Assembly (NCBI GenBank): GCA_040954595.2
Contig: CM082594.2
Location: 1,754,247 to 1,818,246, forward strand
Source: Balanoglossus misakiensis
Lineage: Eukaryota; Animalia; Hemichordata
Length of the DNA stretch: 64,000 nucleotides
Direction of reading: 5' to 3'
The notes under the pieces were generated by a model, which was given only the letters and a program-made list of their open reading frames with translations, was not told where the DNA came from and searched no databases. Of the stretch, positions 51,101 to 60,718 are shown piece by piece; within the stretch, counting starts at the first letter, position 1; every line of letters starts with the position of its first letter. The position numbers were made by a program, and so were the translations under genes.

Positions 51101-51992
51101 CTCTAAAAGCACATTTGAAAGCATCCCAAACACTGTTTGGATTCGCAGAACCATTATTAGCACTAAAGAAATCTGAAATAAAGCGTTTTGACTGGGTGAT
51201 GAAATTCTGATCGTTAAGAAGAGAATTATTAAAATGCCAGTAACCCTTGCCACGCGTGAAAACACTAGTTTCAAAACCAATACTAATGAGATGATGGTCA
51301 GAACGATATCTTTCTCCAATGACAACATTCATAATTTTTGAAGAAAGACAAAAAGACACTAGAAAATAATCTATTCTACTGGCACGATTGCCTCTTCTCC
51401 AGGTGTAACGCCTCACAGTTGGATTACGTAACCGCCAGATGTCACATAAGTCCCACGAATGCATTAATTGTTTAATGCTTTTGAATGCATTCATATGATA
51501 ATTACCCCGACCAGTGCCAACTCTATCAAGCAAGTCATCTTGAACAGTGTTGTAGTCTCCAAGAATAATGATATTCGACGTATCATTACCAAAATTAAAA
51601 AGAATTGAGTGAATATTCTCAAAGAAAACAGGAGTGTCATCATTTGGGGCATAAATGCAAACAAGGATGAACCGCTGCGCATCAACAGTGATATCAATCA
51701 TGATCCAACGGCCATCAGAATCAACCCTAGTTTGGTGAAGGGTATAAGAGAAATTATTTTTAAACAGAATCGCAACCCCTCTCCGATTACTTGTGCCATG
51801 ACTAAACAGGATGTCAGCACCCCATTCAGCTTTCCAATACTGTTCACTGTGTTCAGTGGAGTGGGTTTCTTGTAAGCAATAAATGTTGTGTGATTTATCA
51901 CGCAACCAAGTAAAAATCTCCCTTCTTTTAACTGAGTTAGCTAGCCCATTACAGTTGTAGGAAGCAATATCAATCTTACAGACACCAGTCAT
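48180..51992 (-). CDS. L1/Tx1 ORF2 (APE endonuclease, reverse transcriptase, C-terminal zinc knuckle), 1270 aa
   Basis: SYNCNGL, LQETH, GDYN, SRIDY, SDH (EN); KSPGLDG, WRPLTLL, DFEKAFD, GVRQGCPLSP, QYADD (RT); CIFC...HLFWDC. Confidence 0.97.
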   Translation of the reverse strand: MTGVCKIDIASYNCNGLANSVKRREIFTWLRDKSHNIYCLQETHSTEHSEQYWKAEWGADILFSHGTSNRRGVAILFKNNFSYTLHQTRVDSDGRWIMIDITVDAQRFILVCIYAPNDDTPVFFENIHSILFNFGNDTSNIIILGDYNTVQDDLLDRVGTGRGNYHMNAFKSIKQLMHSWDLCDIWRLRNPTVRRYTWRRGNRASRIDYFLVSFCLSSKIMNVVIGERYRSDHHLISIGFETSVFTRGKGYWHFNNSLLNDQNFITQSKRFISDFFSANNGSANPNSVWDAFKCAFRGHCIKFSSIKQRKCKEKENRLIEEINELHTIIDSGSDHYTDDNNLHLSMKQDELESIYAARTAGLMIRAKGRWLNWGERPTNYFLNLVHRNYSRKNVMSLVRSDGTILSNPTDILREEVVFFKELYAFVDPPVPLNHEDCSILFTDNHVNRLSSFEQHICEGSITANELWQAIKSFPTGKSPGLDGMPVEIYKAFFTELCTPMLNSFNYSFECGFLSPSQREGLLSLLLKQDAQGNDKDPTFLKNWRPLTLLCCDTRILAKSLSLRVKRVITTIINEDQTGFIHGRFIADNIRRLLEIIDLYEKNKEPGLVFIADFEKAFDKLRWDFILKSLEYFNFGPSFLSWIKVLYNNISSRIINYGHISENFILSRGVRQGCPLSPYLFVIAVEMLAIRVRTCNDFKGLKTGPIDNKISQYADDTNFPCQPDYCSFNALLDILKVFSTFSGLKPNYEKCKVLRIGSLKNTDFHINTAFPLVWTDGDVNVLGIHIPNNSSHLVTVNFNPRLEKARKILQPWQGRGLTFYGKVTIIKSLVNSQFTHLFMSLPSPGNDFFKKYETLVFNFLWGGKRDKIKRNTIYNSYVNGGLNLTNLPAFNLTLKTAWFLRIMCNNSLFCSKWYKFVLSSFGGPQVYYANLKKDDFHILNPINSVFLRQIYSAWLQYNTTTVSDKDDVCQELICNNSDIRISDKPILWNNFSRNGVIFINDLIDANCKFYNYEQFITIYGNICTQFQYNQLLCAIPLDWKNIVQNSHSSKLLVCKPNFRNPNCLSGKKLNREMYTFFLNLQTPQELSPHIIRYWYDVFDEVFSLKTVFSLPFKLTNDIKLWNFQYKLIMKILPSNRMLYKWRIIDSPLCIFCKDVVEDYYHLFWDCIYTTQFWISVKEWFFTVTLNTLRLSAMYCILGNIDEGGSQLANFILLIGRSYIFKCKVSNVLPNMLQFKSYVKSIYKIEDNVATTNDRQGIHLEKWGAFVNLFVD

Positions 51993-52354
51993 ATATAGCG
52001 GAAAATGGAATAAAAAAAGAAAGAATCATGAAAAATAAAAAAATAAAAAGCATAGAAAAATTGTCAATGGGAATTTTTTTTTTGACCATGATACCAAAGA
52101 GGGGAAAACAAGTAAGGAGCAATTATCAACGACACACATGAGGAACGGAAAAAGACAAGAAAGAAAAAAAAACACAAAAACACAACAAGGGGGGGGGGGG
52201 AACAAAAGGAAGGAGAGAAAAGGCGCCGATAAACAAAGCCGAAGAATAGAATGTCTCCAACCCCGCAAATACCCATATGAAAATACTGCAAAATGAACAC
52301 ACAGAACCTTCGTAAAAAACAAACTCCGTAAACTTAACCCAACTACATTATTAA

Positions 52355-53209
52355 TTAAGCTACAGCTTCTAAGCGTCTGTTCACTTTACCGTCAATAATA
52401 AGCAAGGCACAGCATTCACGTGGTGGCACTCGTAACTGTACACGGCAACCATCTTTCTTGGCGTTGTAATATGCTGGCAAGAGTTTGTTGCGCGCATTCT
52501 GTAAAACAGGTGGTAAATGTTCGTGAACAATAAATTTGGTGTCCTTCAATAAATGGCCACGGCTGAGAACATCATTCCTGTCGCTAAGATTGACGAATCT
52601 TGCCAAAATAGGTGGAGATGGGCGGCTTTCCGAGGGCTTGGCGAGACGATGAACCGAGCAGAGTTGTAGCTGTTCAGCAGTCGGTAATTTTAACGATTCC
52701 TTGAAAAAAGTGCGCGTTTTGCGTTCAACATCTTCATCTTTAACGAACTGGATGCCACGTATAATTATATCATTCTTTCTACTGAATCTATCCAACAGCA
52801 ATTGGGCGGCAATACGTTCACGGCGTTCATTTTTCAATGCCTCGCGCAATGAGTCCATTTCCGCAGCCACGTGTTCCTGACTACGTTCAACACCAGTAAT
52901 CTTTTCCTTCAACACTGCAACATTTTCCACGGTCGAGTTCAGTTTAGCGACAACCATAGACATTTCTTGAGTTAATTCGTCTTTAACTTTGTCTATTTTA
53001 TCTGACAAAGTTTCGTTCTGCTTCGTAAGTATCGCTGCCAAAGCTTTCAGTTCAGGTGACGAAAGTTGTGGAAAGGTGTCTTCGTCGGCGTGTTGCATAA
53101 CACTGTCTAGGTCAGTACTCACGATATCAGCAATGGACGCCATGTTAAGACTACCGGTGGAGCTTGTCGAGGACTTCGGCCGGTTTCGTTTTCGTCCCTT
53201 TCGTACCAT
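52355..53209 (-). CDS. L1/Tx1 ORF1 (coiled coil, RRM, CTD), 284 aa
   Basis: Basic N-terminus, heptad-rich helix, SRKNDIIIRGI, VHRL, PPILARF, EHLP motifs; upstream of ORF2. Confidence 0.92.
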   Translation of the reverse strand: MVRKGRKRNRPKSSTSSTGSLNMASIADIVSTDLDSVMQHADEDTFPQLSSPELKALAAILTKQNETLSDKIDKVKDELTQEMSMVVAKLNSTVENVAVLKEKITGVERSQEHVAAEMDSLREALKNERRERIAAQLLLDRFSRKNDIIIRGIQFVKDEDVERKTRTFFKESLKLPTAEQLQLCSVHRLAKPSESRPSPPILARFVNLSDRNDVLSRGHLLKDTKFIVHEHLPPVLQNARNKLLPAYYNAKKDGCRVQLRVPPRECCALLIIDGKVNRRLEAVA

Positions 53210-53379
53210 ACGGCTAAAAGTCAGTTCCTACGAACCGCAATGACGTTATGCCAAAATATTTACAACCGGAGTGCTATATACGCAGTATTCTTGAAGAAAA
53301 AATAGGGTTTGTGCGAAGGCTGGAGAGCACACGTCCGACTAGGCAGCCATGATATGCTAATCGAGAAGAAAGAATTTTT

Positions 53380-54928
53380 CATGTTATCTCGATACAAAGA
53401 TGAACTTGGAGTTGACTACAAGAGAATAAAGCTGTTCCTCTGTTCCGAACGTGACTTTGATACATCCATGGGATATGACACTCTGTCAAACCCTGAAGAA
53501 AGTGATGGTGGTGAGGTTTCTGAGAATCATGGCTGTTCAAATGCAAGAGAGCACAATAAAGAGAGACAAAAAAGAAAAGTCACAAATGAAGAAGTGCATG
53601 ATGTTGGAGATGACAAAACTCGTGAGAAGCATCCATGTGTAATGACCACACCCAAGGCCACTACATCAGTGGTCAATGAAGATCCGACAGAAATCAAGAA
53701 AAGTAGGTTGGAGATTGATGATGTGTATGCCACTTTATTTTCTGATGAAAATGAAACTGTGTACATATCAGATTCTGGTGATGATATCCAACAAGTACCT
53801 CCCGATGCAACCACCACAGTACCACTTGCAGAGATTTTGGCCAACCTTGCCGAGCAGATTGATCACAGCAAGACATCACAGTTCAATATTTCCAGAAATC
53901 ATCTTTTTGATGGTGTCAAGAGAGGCCTAAAACGCAAGTCATTCCATCCAAAAAATAAGATTTCTGTGAAATTCACAGATGATGATGGCTCATCAGAAGG
54001 AGCTGTGGATGCAGGGGGCCCTATGAGGGAGCTCTTGACATTAACCATGAACTATATAACCAATAGTGAGCTCTTTGATGGTGAACACAACCAGAAATAC
54101 TTATCATGTGTTAGTAGATGCGCTGATGAAAATGAGTATTGCATGGCAGGTCAGCTAATTGCCATGTCTCCTGTCCATGGAGGTCCTGCTCCCCACTGCT
54201 TTGCAGACCATTTCTACCAAGCTATTGTACATGGATGTGACTCAATCAAGCCTACTATTGATGATCTCCCTCAGAACAACCCAGTAAAAGCTGACCTCAC
54301 TGCATTGCAAAATGCGCCCATTGATGAAGCCAACCAAGTGCTGACTGATAACTTAGAAAGTATCACTGAGATTGCTGGTACATGGAGACTGATACGTACT
54401 GAAATTGACAAGTCAGCAGTCATTGGGTCCACAGTGAAATGGTACATGTATGGCAGAAATAGAGAAGCCTTTGATCAGTTTACTGATGGGTTGTCTTCAC
54501 TTGGTGTACTTGAGGCTATGCGGCAGTACCTAACAAGCTTCCAGCCTGTCTTCTGTGAGCCTGCTCCACTAACTACTGATATGTTTTTATCTGATGTTAC
54601 ACGGAGTGAGGAAGGATCCAATATGTTCAACGCTGAAAGTCTTCTCCTGTCATACTGGGCAGATTTCTTGCAAGATGTCCAAGATCAAGAAATAGACAAT
54701 GTGACACTGGCCGAGATAATGATGTTTACCATTGGGTGTACAGAGCTTGTCGAAGGACTAACTCCAAGAATTATGTTCCTTCATGGAAGTGAAGCTCAAT
54801 CTAAATTCCCCAAAGCCAACACTTGTGCTGGTGCGCTCCACCTTCCAATATTACACAAAACATATGATGCATTTAAACATGCTATGGCTTTTGCCATAAC
54901 CAATTCCAAGGGTTTTGGTTATGGATAA
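53380..54928 (+). CDS. Cargo gene exon 2, 3' part: acidic linker plus G2E3-type HECT E3 ubiquitin ligase domain (open frame, gene disrupted upstream)
   Basis: ISVKFTDDDGSSEGAVDAGGPMRELL, GQLIAMSPVHGGPAP, FPKANTC (catalytic Cys), LHLP, terminal GFG. Confidence 0.92.
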
Positions 54929-55287
54929 GTCTGTTACAGACAGTGTACTGGAAAATATGTTCAGAATAGACAGGTTTCCAGACTGACAAAACAGGGTTCA
55001 GTTTAGACAGGTTTTACTGTTCTATTTTTACAGAATTGTGTACCCCGTTTTTCCCTCAAGAGTTGACATTCCTTTTTTTAAAGTTTGAAGTTACTGTTAT
55101 ACTGGTAATGTGTGGTGATATGGCCACTGGAGAGCTATTTTTTATTGGATTTGTTATATCTGGAACTCAAACGCCTCAGAAGTGATTTCATACAAATTGC
55201 TTGTGTTATACATATACACATGGATTGTTTTTGTTAAATTTTATGACTACAGTTACAAATTGTGGGGACTATGTCATTAACAATGCG

Positions 55288-55432
55288 CCCCTTTCATAAG
55301 TCTGGTACCATCACGCAGCCATCATGTATTTGAACTCAAAGCGAGGCCAATGGGGAAAAGTTGACCAATCACTTCGAGGTTCAAATTCATAATTGCTGCA
55401 TGAGGGCCTGGGCACTAGACTTATGAAAAGGG
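55288..55432. repeat. Small foldback/MITE
   Basis: CCCCTTTCATAAGTCTGGTACC ... GGCACTAGACTTATGAAAAGGG imperfect inverted arms. Confidence 0.55.
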
Positions 55433-56423
55433 TGTATGGAATTTACTTTTCTTATACTTTTCCTGCGTAATTACTTGAAATCATCACAAGTGCCACAGTG
55501 GCTATTGGCTCTAGTCTTTAACCTTTAAAACTGTTTACCATTGTTACTGTATTTTTAGAGCATGCAACTGTTTGTAGATTTTGTAGTGATGTTACTATCA
55601 TGCCTGACTTAAATGCTAATACATGTAGTTCTATACACAGTGCTGTTAACAAATGTGGCCAATTTTAATGAGGTTTATTTGTTTGATCAGGAATCTTGAC
55701 TGCACTTAACTATACCCAGCCCTAGCTGGGTTCAACAATTTCTCCCACAATCAGAGGACCTCCATTCATAGCTGGACTCACTGCTGGAGGCCAAGCCAGA
55801 GTGGTAGCGAACAATCATTCGGAGTTGAGGGTCTGTAATCACAATAATAGTCAGACATTTTTCACATCGGACAGTGTCTGGACAATTGTGTGTGATGTGA
55901 ACATTCATAACAACTTACTGTTCAGTGGGGGTATCAATGTTTTGCCATTGACAGAGAAAGATGACACAAAAAAGAACAGTATAAACTATACCAGTACATG
56001 TATTGATAATCAGACTGAAACAACACTGTGTACTTTTTATATTGTATGTCATGAAGAGTATTATAGAATGAGGAGGATCACTAGAGGCAATAACATTTTA
56101 CAGTGTATTAGATAGTGAACAGTCTACTAGTTTGCATGAAAATTGGGCAATGGGAGGCGTTACCAGTGTTTACCTAGGACATTGTGCATGTTTTACAAGA
56201 AATGTTTCACTAAAGTTGTATTCAACTATTGTGTGCTTTTATATCGCTGCATTAAATGGTTCTGACTTAAATATTTTTGTGGGTGTTTTTTTTCAATCCT
56301 ACAGCCATGAAGATATGTATGGCTGTTGTGTGTGCTGGCTGATGGATGTACCACAAGGATGTGAGCAGTCATGATATTTTGTGTATACTGTATGATAATG
56401 TGTGTGTATTTACATACCAGTTT

Positions 56424-56788
56424 GTATGTATGTATGTATGTATGTATGTATGTATGTATGTATGTATGTATGTATGTATGTATGTATGTATGTATGTATG
56501 TATGTATGTATGTATGTATGTATGTATGCATGCATGCATGCATGCATGCATGCATGGATGTATGCATGTATGTATGTATGTATGTATGTATGTATGTATG
56601 TATGTATGTATGTATGTATGTATGTATGTATGTATGTATGTATGTATGTATGTATGTATGTATGTATGTATGTATGTATGTATGTATGTATGTATGTATG
56701 TATGTATGTATGTATGTATGTATGTATGTATGTATGTATGTATGTATGTATGTATGTATGCATGCATGCATGCATGCATGCATGCATG
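56424..56788. repeat. (TATG)n/(CATG)n microsatellite
   Basis: ~365 bp of tetranucleotide repeats. Confidence 0.98.
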
Positions 56789-56792
56789 GCTG

Positions 56793-56886
56793 GCTTGGCT
56801 TTGGGTGTGAGAATGGGTGGTTTAATAGATGGGTGAATGTTTCCAGCCATCTATTAAACCACCCATTCTCACACCCAAAGCCAAGC
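56793..56886. repeat. Perfect 40-bp inverted repeat with 14-nt loop
   Basis: GCTTGGCTTTGGGTGTGAGAATGGGTGGTTTAATAGATGG / CCATCTATTAAACCACCCATTCTCACACCCAAAGCCAAGC. Confidence 0.95.
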
Positions 56887-57314
56887 AATCCATCCATCCA
56901 TACATAAATAAATACATAACTACATCTGGGTATGTAAACACACACACACATTGCCATACAGTATGTGTGCATGCATGCATACTGAGACAGCCAGACAGGC
57001 ACTCGCGCATACATTCATGATACATACATCGACACACACACTTATAAAAACATATCACTTCTAGCCTACAACTAACTGGCACATAAATATGAAAAACAGA
57101 AGCTAAAGAACTCAGTGGCGATTTGTAGCATTTTGGAATAATGACAATTGACAAATCTTTATTTCATTTCAATATGCCAATATTTACTGGCCTGGTTTAT
57201 TGCTTTATTGCAATACACAGGAATAAAGATTGTCTTTTACTGGGTGTTGTCTTGAAATCTGATACCATTCTGGCTAGATCACAGTCACATTAAACAAAAT
57301 GAATAAATAGTGTG

Positions 57315-60035
57315 TTAATATTCTCCTGCCACGTGTATTAATCCATCATACAATTGTATTGCATCTCTCCAGTGAAGTGGTTTGCTTATAGCACATGTTT
57401 GCAAAACATATTGGAAATATTGTTGATAGTCATTATCATTGTCTCTATCAATGAGTTCATGATATACATAGTTCATTTCATCCTGCGCAACAGGCTGGAT
57501 TAAGTTGTCAGCACCTCCGTGGAGTTCTGGGAGATAATAGAGGGAGTCCGGTCTGCCTGGAACAGTATCATGTCTTGACCGCCGAATGTAATGAGTGTTC
57601 CAATGTTCACGAACATGATCAAGATCATTCTGGAGTAAACACGCGAAACAAAACCACAGGCATTCTTTATGTAAATCATTAGTGGAATCAAATATACCCT
57701 GTGACTCCATATCCTTGAAGAAATTTATCCACCATGTTGAGCGGTTTTTTCTCAGAAATGACCACCATGCTTCAATTCTCTGATTCCGTGGAGATGCTAC
57801 ATATCTATGTGCATCAATGTCGTTCCGAAAAAATGCCTGTGTAGCAGCCATGGTGCCATTTTCTGTACCAAGATCAGTGAGGCTAGTTATACTTTGCGAA
57901 ACAACGAAACAGCGAAACGAAACGACGAAACCATTATTAAAATAGGGGCCAGTCATCAAGACGGTGGCGTATGATTTTTTTAAAAGTTTCCAAATAAGTT
58001 CCTGGTCTGCATTCTCGCCCCACCAGACTACGTATTTCTTTCGTTTCACTTTTTGCGGGGAGCAGAGCGCTGCCGTAAAAGGGCCGTGGTTTGCGACGAT
58101 GCTGGTCTGCGGCCTGGTACTAGTGGTTGCGCGCCAAAAAAGACACGGGGATTTTCCCTCCATTTTACTGCCGACTTTTATGAAGCAATGCACATTTTCC
58201 ATCGGAGGACTTATCTTTTCCGCCGAAAATGTAGATGAAAGGAAGTGCAAATTTCTGAAATATTTCTGAGCATCGCTACGATTGTTTTACTGTTCATGCA
58301 CTACGGCCGCTGCACACAGAGGGACACACTCACCGCGACGCTGACCTCAACAGCGCGGACATACTGTAAAATATTTCGTTTGAATTGAGAGATTTTTTCA
58401 TGATGAACAAATTCATTGCTTGTTGGGAAATACGTTACAACTTGAACCGTGGTGTGACAACTTACTTAGTCCCCAAATGCATGCCTTGCAGGGTCCAGTG
58501 CAATGACGTGTATTACCGAAATTAACATTTTCATGCCATAGCACTAGCAGTCAGATTTTTCCTGGTTGAAGCAACGAAAATGACGTATTGCCCAGTGCAG
58601 TCTGACATACTTCGAAATACATGTACTTGGATTTTCTTTATTTTACACCTCGCAACGGAGGATACGGAATGTGCATTGCTTTATAAAAGTCGTGTCACGG
58701 TCAGGAGATAAGCTTAGAATCGGCAGGCGTACACACGTAGAACGGGTAGAAGAACTATGACATTACGCTTTGACTTTCGGAATTTTGCACTTCGTTTCAT
58801 CTGATTTTCGGGGAAGAAAAGACGAATCATTTAATGGACTATGTGAAATGTGCTTTGGTTTTCAAAAATCGGCAATAATTTGAGAATATTAAAGTCCCCG
58901 CGTGTCAATAGCCGGCCCCCTATGCACTGGCTATTGACACGCGCGTGTCAATAGACACGGCCTATCTTAATTGCAATTCATGCCTCCCCGGGGGCCTTGT
59001 GGTATTTAAGGAAATAGTGACAGTTGCTGCCGCATTTTGAGGTTTCGATCTTTTGTGGTTTCGTTGTGCGCGCGTGTATATTCACTGTGTATATGTAGCA
59101 GTTTGGCATGAATCGTTTGCGCGCACACGACGTCGACTCTACCACTACATAGTACCAGGCCGCAGACCAGGAACTGGCGACCCGCCGTTTGTTTCCAACG
59201 CCAAATTTAATTCTAATGTTGAATTTCCGAGAAAACAATTTATCTGACCTGTAGTTTTCTTGGCTCGCTTACGTTTTAATTTGGAAACTTTTAAAAAAAT
59301 CATACGCCACCGTCTTGATGACTGGCCCCTATTTTAATAATGGTTTCGTCGTTTCGCTGTTTCGCAAAGTATAACTAGCCGATCAGTGATGAGCTCAATG
59401 GGACAGCCATCAAATCTGTTTACTGCTTCAAGGTAATATGCTGCAATATTATCTGGGAGATTGTTTGACTTTGTCACATTAAGCCACAATATCTTTCTAC
59501 TGTAACCATTTATGGCTCAATGTATGAGAAAGCCGAATGGTTTCAGTTTATCATAGCCGTCAACATGCCATGCAAAATTAGGTCCAGGATTCAAATATAC
59601 TCTTTTCTTGAGTCGATGTGCTCTTCTCAAAAAACTGCCTTCTGGGTCCAATTCCCTCAATAGCTGCTGAACAACAATTCTGGGAACATTGATACCTTCC
59701 ATTTTGAGACTGTGCCATACTGTCCGATAGCCACCGGTGCACTCTGGTCCATCCAGCATTTCCTTGATTTTGTCTCTCACTGCTTCGATGTCATATTCTA
59801 CTCGTCGTCTTTTCAAACCTTACGAGTTTATACGACGATCCAATGTTCGCTTACTAATACGAATATCATGGTATTTTCTTAAAAATAGAAGGATTTCGTC
59901 ATACGTGAATCCTCTAAAGAAAAAATGTCGTATCAAGCTTTCTTCGTCGTCTCCGCACATCGCCCCGTCATCAGTATCGACATCAGAAAGGTGTGGTGTC
60001 GGTGATAAACTCTCTTGGTGAGACGGAGACGCCAT
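57315..60035 (-). pseudogene. IS3/IS481-like DDE transposase (Clr5-like HTH plus integrase core), disrupted
   Basis: One frame 60035-59381 then 57880-57315: IRHFFFRGFTYDEIL..ISKRTLDR, GYRTVW, WHVDGYDKLKPFGF, ITDLGTEN, NQRIEAWW, WNTHYIR; in-frame stops at 59820-22 and 59517-19; MITE at the second Asp. Confidence 0.9.
57881..59380. mobile_element. 1500-bp non-autonomous DNA transposon (Mutator/Merlin-type)
   Basis: ~100-115-bp TIRs starting GGCTAGTTATACTTTGCGAAAC; 9-bp TSD GATCAGTGA at 57872-57880 and 59381-59389; removal restores the transposase frame. Confidence 0.93.
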
Positions 60036-60191
60036 TATTCCCGTCTGTTTGTTGGGAATGTATACTCCTGTAACGTCCTGAAAGGTGGGAATTGTGGGAT
60101 ACCTTCACTTCCGCCGCGACTAAAAAAGTATTTTGCTTTCTCAGAAAAATATTTTGTGCATCTATCTAAAAAATTTGTACACCGAAACCTG

Positions 60192-60591
60192 AATAGCGCC
60201 CCCATGAAAAAGTTTGTCAGTAGCAATAGAAAGAGCGACCCCATAAGTTGTGTAACTAGAAATTAGATAAAAATATATTTACATCTGTAAAATAAAATTT
60301 TCACCCGCGAAAAGTAATGTTACTTAAAAAAAGTTTTACAAAATTAACTATTTCTTTCTGAAAATAAAAAAATTCTATGTAGTATAGATAATATTTTATC
60401 TCAAGTGTTAGAAGTTTATTTTGGAAAAAAATCTTAAAATTTTACTCTCGGAAAAAATAAAATTGGCTTTCGGAAATTAAACTTTTGTTCTCTAAAATAA
60501 GAGTTGTGTAAAGTAAAATTAAAGTTTTACTGTCAAAATTAAAAAGTTTACTCCACTGAAATTGAAATTGTGTACGTCAAAATTATAGTTG
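60192..60591 (-). repeat. Right inverted repeat (outer end truncated)
   Basis: Reverse complement of 45731-46130; match stops abruptly at AATTATAGTTG. Confidence 0.88.
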
Positions 60592-60718
60592 TCTGTCTGT
60601 CTACTTAGTAATTTTTCTCTTCTCTCTCACCCTCTTTCCCACCCTTACCCCTTTTCCCGCTACATTCATTGCAGCTATCTGTCAGTTTTTATAATGTCCG
60701 CCCACAAAAAATGCTGAT

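Larger units (their letters stand above)
48071..53362 (-). mobile_element. Full-length L1/Tx1-clade non-LTR retrotransposon
   Basis: 5' UTR, ORF1, ORF2, short 3' UTR with AATAAA and poly(A); TSD GAGAAGAAAGAA(TTTTT) at 48054-48070 and 53363-53379. Confidence 0.96.
45625..60591. mobile_element. IS3EU-like DNA transposon (decayed, with nested insertions) carrying convergent transposase and HECT-ligase genes
   Basis: 400-bp inverted repeats 45731-46130 / 60192-60591; probable left terminus TACGGTGG at 45625 (TAY-type end); IS3/IS481-like DDE gene inside; outer ~106 bp of right TIR and TSD not found. Confidence 0.8.

Noticed and set aside
48761-53243. Short ORFs antisense or out of frame within the L1
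   Set aside because: Shadows of ORF1/ORF2 with no motifs
53309-53362. N-terminus of the 539-aa ORF as part of the native HECT protein
   Set aside because: It is antisense L1 5' UTR; the native frame continues from 48070 across the TSD
55801-56115. 104-aa ORF between the convergent genes
   Set aside because: GTG start, no recognisable motif, likely 3' UTR or intergenic
56226-57154. ORFs with YIHT/MYVC repeats
   Set aside because: Translations of the (TATG)n microsatellite
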